Shown piece by piece: positions 1-9,972 of a stretch of 64,000 nucleotides of DNA. The notes under the pieces were generated by a model. The model did no database searches and had not been told where the DNA came from. It worked only from the letters and a program-made list of their open reading frames with translations. The stretch is from Macrostomum lignano (taxonomy: Eukaryota), in NCBI GenBank assembly GCA_002269645.1, contig NIVC01001908.1, forward strand, positions 158,885 to 222,884, read 5' to 3'. A program made the translations under genes and the position numbers. Position 1 is the first letter of the stretch. Each line of letters opens with the position of its first letter.

Positions 1-30
1 TTTATTGAATTTCACGATACAATCTCTTAG

Positions 31-247
31 CTGACTTCCACGCCACACTGGGCATCGATGGGAAACATCTGCGAGCAGCTCAGCACCATCAGTACCAGCC
101 GCTGCCGCCGCCACCGCTGTCGCACCAGGCTCCACCTCAATACCAATCGGTTCAGCAGCAGCAGCCAGTGCTGAGCACATTCAGGTACAGCGTGTCGCAT
201 GACCCCATGGCAACTATGCCGCGACGCCAGCATCCGGATTCTGGTCG
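31..247 (+). CDS. Penultimate coding exon of an unidentified gene that enters from upstream of the window (Q/P/H-rich, low complexity)
   Basis: Acceptor ...tctcttag| at 30 and donor tcg|gtaag at 247/248. One frame is open (DFHATLGIDGKHLRAAQHHQYQPLPPPP...HPDSG). Phase-2 end matches the next exon. Confidence 0.55.
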
Positions 248-444
248 GTAAGAAACATCCTTAATTAAGCTGGTTGGTTGGTCAGACCGAGTGAGTTTAG
301 CTGGTGAGTTTAGCGATTAACGCACTCGAGGGCCAATACCAGGGCATGAGGTTATGATTGAGGCCTGCTTGTGTGCTCAGGGGGCAGCGGGAATGTGCAT
401 GACTGCTTGCCTCCCCCAAAATGTCCTTTATGGCTAACTAGTAG

Positions 445-670
445 GCAACCTCGACTCCCCAAACCCAGCCCCCCGGCCGCGGTGCACTTCCAGCAGCACT
501 CTCACGACTCATCGACCAGCACCGGCCGTCGGCAAGGCGCTGTGGTTACCTTCAGTGCGGGCCCGACAGAGGCCAGCAGCATGAGACTGCTGCCTAGCAA
601 CAAGCAGCAGGTGTCGACAGCCGCAGCCGATGGTCGAAATTCGCGATCACAGAACAGCAGCTTCGTCTAG
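445..670 (+). CDS. Terminal coding exon of the same unidentified gene; C-terminus ...RSQNSSFV*
   Basis: Acceptor agtag|g at 444/445 completes the CG|G Arg codon from the previous exon. Frame is open to TAG at 668-670. AATAAA at 1140-1145. Confidence 0.55.
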
Positions 671-1765
671 TGCGAGAATTCTCTTTCCTATCGATCAGAA
701 ATCCGACTTTGCCTGCTTGACTTTCTTTGTGATCCTTGAAATTGATCGATACATGTATAATGAAATAATCATAGGCGTGTTTACAGGTGTTTCACTTGAC
801 TTAACTGGAGAATCTGTCCACTGTCTGTCTACTTATAAATTTTAAACCGTTGTTGTCCTACTGAGAAGTAGTATTATGCGATAGTGCTTGCTTTTATGTT
901 CACTTGTCCTAATTCTGTTCTCAAATTAGTTCACCACAAATGCTTTTTATAGTTGTTTTAAATAGCTCTTAAATCGAACTTATTTGGCGTTGTTTTGCTT
1001 AGTAACATTTGTGTCTCTATGCTTCAGCTCACAACAATCAAAGTCACTCAATTCCGACCGTCGATGTTTCGATAAAATCTATGAAATCCGTTCGTTCAGA
1101 AATGATTTTAGAACCGCTTTGATTTTTGGTCCGCTGCAGAATAAATGCGTGTAGAAATGATTCCGGCGCTCTTGTGCATTAAAATGTTTTCGTACTCTCT
1201 AGCCTTCATTCCTTACTGCTGAAGTTTTACAAGAAATTAGCCTGGCTCGTGCATGGCACAGTTATTTGACCACCGGATACCTTGCACCACACAAGTTTCG
1301 CAGGGTTTTAAATGGCTGTCTCGGATGCGTTTGCCGCTACCGGTGGTCACAACACTGAATCAGATTTACATTCGTACGCTGCCTGTTCAGTGCAGTAGGC
1401 AAAGATCAAAGCCGCACGGCTTAGCGTTTTAAAGAATGTATTCTAAAAGATGGCAGTCACAAGGAGTTTTGTTTAAATTTAAATTAGCTGACCATCACTG
1501 AATTTGTTTAGCACAAGCTGATGTGCTAGTGCAGTGATAAAACCCAATGTGCGTAGGTGTTAGTATAAGATGTTGCGGGCGTATCCGATTGTTTAGATTC
1601 TGCAATTAGATGCGCACTCAGAGTGTCCACAGTTATCTCGTATCTGGTATTGAACATTTTTATACGGCTGAAATTTCTGCTAACTTATATACACCAAATT
1701 CACCATCGAAATGGCAGGCGTGAATTTGACTTGAACCTCCATTTTAGTTAGTGAGCGACTGCACA

Positions 1766-4378
1766 ATGCAGTTCAATTTTCGTGCAGCACTGCTTTGGAT
1801 CAGTGCTTTTGCAGCTTTCATTTGGCCAGCCACTTCGCTTCTTGTGCTGGACAGTACAGTAGCATCTGACAATCGAATAGTCTCGTCAAACTCTAAGAAT
1901 GTAACAATAATGACTGACAGCACAAGACCAGAATCTAAAGCTACGAAGATAGATTCGGACGTCACTCAGAGCACTGAAGCTTTCACAGCTGACCTAAAGA
2001 CCGACACGGACGTCACTCAGAGCACTGAAGCTTTCACAGCTGACCTGAAGACCGACACGGACGTCACTCAGAGCACTGAAGCTTTCACAGCTGACCTGAA
2101 GACCGACACGGACGTCACTCGGAGCATTGAAGCTTCCACTGAAGCTACGAAGACCGACACGGAAGTCACTCGGAGCATTGAAGCTTCCACAGCTGATAAG
2201 AAGACCGACAGGGACGTCACTCGGAGCATTGAAGCTTCCACTGAAGCTACGAAGACAGACACGGACGTCACTCGGAGCATTGAAGCTTCCACTGAAGCTA
2301 CGAAGACAGACACGGACGTCACTCGGAGCATTGAAGCTTCCACAGCTGACAAGAAGACCGACAGGGACGTCACTCGGAGCATTGAAGCTTCCACAGCTGA
2401 TAAGAAGACCGACAGGGACGTCACTCGGAGCATTGAAGCTTCCACTGAAGCTACGAAGACAGACACGGACGTCACTCGGAGCATTGAAGCTTCCACTGAA
2501 GCTACGAAGACAGACACGGAAGTCACTCGGAGCATTGAAGCTTCCACAGCTGATAAGAAGACCGACAGGGACGTCACTCGGAGCATTGAAGCTTCCACTG
2601 AAGCTACGAAGACCGACACGGAAGTCACTCGGAGCATTGAAGCTTCCACAGCTGACGAGAAGACCGACACGGAAGTCACTCGGAGCATTGAAGCTTCCAC
2701 AGCTGACGAGAAGACCGACACGGAAGTCACTCGGAGCATTGAAGCTTCCACAGCTGACGAGAAGACCGACACGGAAGTCACTCGGAGCATTGAAGCTTCC
2801 ACAGCTGACGAGAAGACCGACACGGAAGTCACTCGGAGCATTGAAGCTTCCACTGAAGCTACGAAGACAGACACGGAAGTCACTCGGAGCATTGAAGCTT
2901 CCACAGCTGACCTGAAGACGGACACGGCATCGGAGAAGCAAAACGAGTATTTTACATCCCCAGTCGGAAAAATGGCTGTAGAAGACGATAAAACTGTGCC
3001 CACATCAGATGCAATAGTTGACAGGAGCAGAAACAAAAGCACTTCTAAAGTGGGCAGAAAAACAAATTCACGAAATTCTCGATTTTTCGGAGAAGATATT
3101 AACCTATGGCTCTCAACAAGCTCGACTAGCACTCCATCGCAGACAAGTTCGACTGTTCTTTCAATTCAAACGAGCTCTACGAGAGAGAATCCGACTCCGA
3201 TTCAAACTCAGTCAGTCTCGCCCATCTCCACGGCTAAGACAACCTCGACGACTGTCACTCCGTCTCAGACAAAATCAACCATCACTCCGCCTCAAACAAA
3301 CTCAACCATCACTCCGCCTCAAACAAACTCAACCATCACTCCTCCTCAAACAAACTCAACCATCACTCCGTCTCTAACAAACTCAACCATCACTCCACCT
3401 CTAACAAACTCAACCATCACTCCACCTCTAACAAACTCAACCATCACTCCGTCTCTAACAAACTCAACCATCACTCCGTCTCTAACAAACTCAACCATCA
3501 CTCCGTCTCTAACAAACTCAACCATCACTCCACCTCTAACAAACTCAACCATCACTCCGTCTCTAACAAACTCAACCATCACTCCACCTCTGACAAACTC
3601 AACCATCACTCCGTCTCTAACAAACTCAACCATCACTCCGTCTCTAACAAACTCAACCATCACTCCGCCTCTAACAAACTCAACCATCACTCCGCCTCTA
3701 ACAAACTCAACCATCACTCCGCCTCTAACAAACTCAACCATCACTCCACCTCTAACAAACTCAACCATCACTCCGCCTCTAACAAACTCAACCATCACTC
3801 CACCTCAGACAAAGTCAACCATCACTCCATCTCTAACAAACTCAACCATCACTCCGCCTCTAACAAACTCAACCATAACTCCACCTCTAACAAATTCAAC
3901 GATCACTCCACCTCTAACAAGCTCAACCATCACTCCGCCTCTAACAAACTCAACCATCACTCAGCCTCTAACAAACTCAACCATCACTCAGCCTCTAACA
4001 AACTCAACCATCACTCCACCTCTAACAAACTCAACCATCACTCCACCTCTAACAAACTCAACCATCACTCAGCCTCTAACAAACTCAACCATCACTCAGC
4101 CTCTAACAAACTCAACCATCACTCCGTCTCTAACAAACTCAACCATCACTCCACCTCTAACAAACTCAACCATCACTCCACCTCTAACAAACTCAACCAT
4201 CACTCCGCCTCTAACAAACTCAACAGCTTCACAGCAGAGAAGTTCCACGGTTAGCCCCGGTCGGAGAAGCTCAATATTTTCGTCTCAATTCGAAGGCACC
4301 TTCTCCGAGAGGCCAGATCCGAGCAACAGCTCAGAGTTTCTTCAAGAGTTCTTGCCAACCACTATAAGGCCTAAATTG
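1766..4378 (+). CDS. Mucin-like glycoprotein, exon 1 (signal peptide plus two Thr/Ser-rich repeat domains)
   Basis: ATG at 1766 (the track's GTG start at 1751 is probably not used), followed by hydrophobic signal peptide MQFNFRAALLWISAFAAFIWPATS. 2.6 kb open frame with in-frame 51-bp and 27-bp repeats. Phase-0 donor TTG|GTGAGC at 4378/4379. Confidence 0.85.
1949..2917 (+). repeat. Coding tandem repeat, 19 x 51 bp (17 aa, consensus TDTEVTRSIEASTADEK)
   Basis: Units counted directly from the translation; period is 51 nt. Confidence 0.95.
3269..4213 (+). repeat. Coding tandem repeat, 35 x 27 bp (9 aa, consensus TNSTITPPL)
   Basis: Units counted directly; period is 27 nt. Nearly every unit carries an N-S-T sequon. 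Confidence 0.95.
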
Positions 4379-4463
4379 GTGAGCCCCTTTTTAATTACAA
4401 GTATCTCCGCCATCAATTCCTATTCTGACTGTAGGCTCGTACTTAACACAAAATTTGATTCAG

Positions 4464-4736
4464 AAAGTGACGCTGACCGCTTCACTGGCTGGCTGGCTGT
4501 CGGCCGCAACCGCCATGGTGCTATTAATCGGCTTTGGCATCTGGGCCTGGCACTCCTGGCACTACAGAGCCTACACGTCGCCGCTGCGCCGGCTGCTCCG
4601 CCGGACACCCTTGCACCAGCTGCCGCGCTACTCCAGCTGCAACGTCATCGACAATCCGGTGCGCCTAGACCAGCCCAACAGCCGGCGACCGAGCGGTCGC
4701 AGCTACCAACAGGCGGCTGAAGCTGATGGCGACTAG
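4464..4736 (+). CDS. Mucin-like glycoprotein, exon 2: transmembrane helix and cytoplasmic tail
   Basis: Phase-0 acceptor tttgattcag| at 4463. Encodes KVTLTASLAGWLSAATAMVLLIGFGIWAWHSWHYRAY (hydrophobic helix, then aromatic/basic stop-transfer residues) and a tail to TAG. Spliced product is about 961 aa. Confidence 0.75.
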   Translation, partial: KVTLTASLAGWLSAATAMVLLIGFGIWAWHSWHYRAYTSPLRRLLRRTPLHQLPRYSSCNVIDNPVRLDQPNSRRPSGRSYQQAAEADGD

Positions 4737-5504
4737 GCGGTCAACTGACCATTCAGTTGGATGATTCTCGTTGATAAAGCTCTTGTTGACCATCGAATTC
4801 TCGAGTGAATTTCTTTGTGTTTGAATTCACTACTCGGTGGTAAACTCTTGAATTGGCCATTTCGTAACCACCAGTCCATGTCAGATTGTAACCTGGAATG
4901 TCATTTTTTCAGCGTAGTGAACTCGTAGTGTAATAGAATAAGCATGCCAATTCCCGCTTGATTTTGACCAATAACTGCAGCCTTCTCGCTATCACGAGCG
5001 TATATTATATAACAATATTTCAACACGATAAATTCTACCGTGCCATTTGTATGAAACATTCGCATCCATCCGACTCTAACTCCGTGCTCTGAGTCTCAGA
5101 TGAAGCGTCAGAAATGTTTTGTCTGGAATTAACTGCTCTGATTCTTCTCAAAGCTAAAATGAATCACTGTGAACGCATTATCTACTCGTAATCTTTTTTC
5201 TGAAATAAAACCTGTCAAAATTAGCCGTGCACTTTGCTTGAAAGAGCCGATGAAGACTGGAGAATAACCTGAAAACACAGCCAGGTCTCAAAGTGCAGAG
5301 ACTACAAGAGCTTATCTTCATAGCTTCTTATGTGGACTTTGATGTATTGTGATTCAAATTTAAATGCTAAATAAGGCAGGTACTCCAATGAGTCGGGCAG
5401 GTTAAGGTTGAAGGTCACTTGCCAAATTAGGTAATGCATTTTCATTCGGCTGCTTTTTGGCGCTAAAAATAGAGCTCGTCGACATACTGAGATTTGGAGT
5501 CATA

Positions 5505-6480
5505 CGAGGGTCATCCCAAAAGTTTCAGCAAACGCCTATTAATTTTCAACAAACCAGTGTCAGAACAATGAACATGTCAAAAACCTTCAAAATAACTTCC
5601 GTTGACTTGAATTGTGCGCTCCCAGCGGCCAGGCAACTTCTGAACGCCGTCAGCAGCGCCGGATTCGCACAGGTCTTTCGCAATGCGGCCGACCTCGCTG
5701 AACAGGTCATCCAGGCAATGGAAACGACGCCCTCGGAGCTGGTTCTTAAGCTTCGGAAAAAGGTCAAAATCGCAGGGACTGAGGTCTGGGGAGTAAGGAG
5801 GATGAGGCAGCACCTCCCACTGGTAGTCCCGCAGTAGGTCCTGCACAATGCGGGCTGTGTGCGAACTGGCATTGTCGTGCAGAAGGAGTGGACCACGTTC
5901 CAGGGTCTGTGGCCGCTTTTTGCGCAAGGCAGGCCGAAGATGGTGAATAATGAAGCTCGACGAGGGGATTCCGGACAGCTCAGCCATTTCTTCGCATGTC
6001 CAACGGCGATCGATGTTCAGCAGCCCTTGGATCAACTCGATGTTCAACTCTGTGCGAGCTTCTTTTGGCCTTCCTCGTCCTCGACATCATCCTCGACATC
6101 AGAGCGGCCATTCTTGAATCGACTGTACCAGTCGTACACGGCTCGCTGGCTCATCGCATTTGGCCCATGGGCCTGCAGCAACTGACGGTGAATTTGAGCT
6201 GCAGGGACACCACGAAGACATTCCGTTTTATCAAGCAGCGCTCATGTATGAGCGCTGCTCCAAGTTCGACGGAAATTCCATTTTATTGTTGTCGGCCGAT
6301 GTTTGATTTAGTATCTCACAAAATGTTCTCTAGAAAACAGAATTTTGCAGCTAGAATGCTAAAAACTTACTCAGACACCCAAAATATGCTCATCTTTCGT
6401 GTGGTATAAGTGCTGTAGTCCTAAAAGTTGTCTATGGCACAAAATCATTCGATTGCTGAAACTTTTGGGATGACCCTCAG
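5505..6480 (-). mobile_element. Mariner (DD34D) DNA transposon, internally deleted and non-autonomous
   Basis: TIRs GAGGGTCATCCCAAAAGTTTCAGCAA (5506-5531 and 6453-6478) with flanking TA. Transposase motifs HDNA and HPPYSPDLSPCDF, with 34 residues between the last two Asp. N-terminal HTH remnant from ATG 6281. The WVPHEL/first catalytic Asp region is missing. Confidence 0.93.
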
Positions 6481-7807
6481 TATGTAAATCTGATGAGACT
6501 AGCTAGTTGACTTAAGCAATGGCAAAATTTATATTTAACCGACATTACAACAGTCAGAATCGAAGCGTGAGTGGTCAAACTGTTGCTGCACTTGTTGCAC
6601 TACATCTGCGCACATGATTGATAATTTGGAAGCCTCGCAGACCAGACTGTCAGTCGCGTCCTGTGCTCAAGCATGGGCTGAGTATTATACATGTAATGTG
6701 TTCGATAAAAAGCCCCGCGGACTACTTGAAAGTAAGGTAAGTAAGTTCTGCGGTAAGTAAGGAAAAACTTCGAGCAAGCTGGCTGGGTAAACAGCGTCAC
6801 CCAGTTGGCACGTTTGGCAAACATTGTAGGAATGCGATGCTGTCCCCCAAGCCGTTTCTTCCTGGCAGAGTCAACCGGTGCCCCCCAGTCCGGCCGAGGT
6901 CCTGTTGACTGCATAGCAACCCTCCCCCCCCTCCAAAAGTCGGGTGCGCGAGGGCAAACTGGAGAAAACACTCGTCAAGTTGGCATATGATTTGTCCCCC
7001 CCCCATTATTTTTGCAGAGACTGGGACCAGGTGACAGAGAACAGAGGGAATTCCCAGTCACATGCAAGGCGACAACACATCAGATAGAGAATGCAAGGCC
7101 AGAGGCTGCCAATATTGCTGCATATCGGGCCTGCACGCAAGAAGTACTGCTTATAATGATAATAGAGTGCCAACTACAAAATTTAGAAGACAAAATGACG
7201 GAGCCAAGGTTACTTGAGTAGTTCTTGGACGGAGCCTCCCTAAGGATGCAAGCAAATGCACGATGGAAATTATTCAAACCGATGTATTCAAACAACAACA
7301 GAAATTCTTGCCAAATATCAATAGAAGGGTGATTTGAAGGTCTCACAGAATTCTCGTGGTAACAGATGAAGATAAAAACCGAGCACTTTAGATATTTTAT
7401 TGTTCAATCCCGTGTCCCGCCTCCTCCTAAAGTCTCCGCCTCAGCCGGGAGGGCGAGAGTGACGGCATCTCATATCGAAAAATCCAATTAGCAAGCCAAG
7501 GCCTTGGCGAGCGCACGTTGGCTAATTCCGCTTTAGGTTTCCCCTTCTTATTTCTTTCTGTTTCATTCGCCCGCTTGGAATATGAGTTTTCCAGCTGAAT
7601 AGCAGACACAGTTTGGCGCGGCCGCGCCCCGAGGGACTTTGAAATTCGTTCCGTCCAGCCGTCGGAATATGTGATTGACTTTTCTTTGTGTCCGAAAAGC
7701 GAACGGAGGGGAATCTGTTTGTCTGCTCCGATGAAGTGGTTCTTCATTATCAATAGTGCATTGGCCGCGCGAACTCTGTGCAATGTGGTACGTCGGATCT
7801 GCTTACC

Positions 7808-8566
7808 GTTTACCACGGAGAGTCAGACGCGTTTATCATGGAGAGTCAGACGCGTTTATCATGGAGAGTCAGACGCGTTTACCACGGAGAGTCAGACGCG
7901 TTTATCATGGAGAGTCAGACGCGTTTATCATGGAGAGTCAGACGCGTTTACCACGGAGAGTCAGACGCGTTTATCATGGAGAGTCAGACGCGTTTATCAT
8001 GGAGAGTCAGACGCGTTTACCACGTAGAGTCAGACGCGTTTATCATGGAGAGTCAGACGCGTTTACCACGGAGAGTCAGACGCGTTTACCACGGAGAGTC
8101 GGATGGGTTTACCACGGAGAGTCAGACGCGTATACCACGGAGAGTCAGACGCGTATACCACGGAGAGTCAGATGCGTTTACCACGGAGAGTCAGATGCGT
8201 TTACCACGGAGAGTCGGATTCGTTTACCACGGAGAGTCGGATTCGTTTACCACGGAGAGTCGGATTCGTTTACCACGGAGAGTCGGATTCGTTTACCACG
8301 GAGAGTCGGATTCGTTTACCACGGAGAGTCAGATGCGTTTACCACGGAGAGTCGGATTCGTTTACCACGGAGAGTCGGATTCGTTTACCACGGAGAGTCG
8401 GATGCGTTTACCACGGAGAGTCGGATTCGTTTACCACGGGGAGTCAGATGCGTTTACTAAGGGGAGTCAGACGCGTTTACCACGGAGAGTCAGACGCATA
8501 TACCACGGAGAGTCAGACGCGTTTACCACGGAGAGTCAGATGCGTTTACCACGGAGAGTCAGACGC
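7808..8566. repeat. Minisatellite, about 33 x 23 bp (TTTACCACGGAGAGTCAGACGCG)
   Basis: Direct inspection; contiguous units with no spacers. Confidence 0.95.
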
Positions 8567-9372
8567 TCTGACCCCGATGCTTAGCAGCCATGTAATTAAA
8601 TATTTTGGTTGGAAACTTGGTAATTCTAGATGAGTTACGTATTGCTTTTCGATATAAATTGCCTCTGATGCGCCAATTCCTGGTACCGGTAGCTACGCTC
8701 GTGCCAGTAAGATGACTCCACACAACTCCGCATATACTGACGAAGCCATCTTGATCTAGAAAGCCAAAATCAACATTGTTTTTATCTATCACCGAGCAGG
8801 AAGTGAGTGAAACAAGGACTAACACACCCAGTTGGCTTACCATGACTTGGGAATACATGTAGAAGTGCAACTTCCAAGATCTGCTCCCGAGCAGCCGCAA
8901 AGATGTCTGCCAAATTGCAATCGAAATATTTATACTTGCCCAGTAATCAATATGCAGATGGATACGTGCGAGGGCAGTAGCTAAGTAAACAGTTTTTTAG
9001 ATACTATCCGCTCTCTAATCCTATGGGGAATCCCGCGGTCGTCGCAATGTGACTCACTTCCCCCATCGCCGTCACCAGATGACAGTAATTATTTTCCTCG
9101 CCTTTCGTATTTTCAGAAATGTTTTTTTTCTATTGGAATTGCCTGTAGCCGCGAATACAGTTTTTCTCGCGCGGTTTATTCAGATTATCACGCGGTCAAT
9201 AAGGGATGTTTACATTTATGCTATATTTAAGGCAAAACAGTACTCTGAGTGCAAAAAGCCATAGTCATTATTCTACAATTGAACATGGGCTTCTCCTACT
9301 TGACTCTGAGGTCTTGATCCCTACGTATATTGGCCTTCCCAACTGTCTCTGGACTCCAAAAACAGTAATTGA

Positions 9373-9972
9373 TCCTAATCTTCCGGCTTTACCCTAATCT
9401 TCCGGCTTTACCCTAATCTTCTGCCTTGACCCTAATTTTCCGGCTTTACCTTAATCTTCCCGCTTTACCCTAATCTTCCGTCTTGACCCTAATCTTCCGG
9501 CTTGACCCTAATCTTCCGGCTTTACTCTATTCTTCCAGCTTTACCCTAATCTTCCAGCTTTACCCTAATCTTCCGTCTTGACCCTAATCTTCCGGCTTGA
9601 CCCTAATCTTCCGGCTTTACTCTATTCTTCCAGCTTTACCCTAATCTTCGGCTTTACCCTAATCTTCGGCTTTACCCTAATCTTCGGCTTTACCCTAATC
9701 TTCCGGCTTTACCATAATCTTCGGGCTTGGCCCTAATATTCCGACTTGACCCTAATCTTCCGACTTGACCCTAATCTTCCGACTTGACCCTAATCTTCCG
9801 GCTTTACCGTAATCTTCCGTCTTTACTCTAATCTTCCAGCTTTACCCTAATCTTCGGCTTTACCCTAATCTTCGGGCTTGGCCCTAATATTCCGACTTGA
9901 CCCTAATCTTCCGGCTTTACCGTAATCTTCCGGCTTTACTCTAATCTTCCGATTTGACACTAACCTTCCGGC
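9373..9972. repeat. Minisatellite, about 31 x 18-19 bp (CCCTAATCTTCCGGCTTTA)
   Basis: Direct inspection; each unit contains CCCTAA. Confidence 0.92.

Noticed and set aside
1994-3798. Antisense and alternative-frame ORFs over the mucin repeats
   Set aside because: Shadow ORFs caused by stop-free in-frame repeats; only the + frame from 1766 has a signal peptide and splice logic.
6590-7350. Coding-like GC-rich segments, possibly LINE debris
   Set aside because: No diagnostic motif could be recognised, and the frames are interrupted.
7808-8566. CRISPR-like appearance of this and the other 19-30 bp arrays (23016, 46894, 47993)
   Set aside because: Units are contiguous with no unique spacers, there are no cas genes, and the context is eukaryotic.
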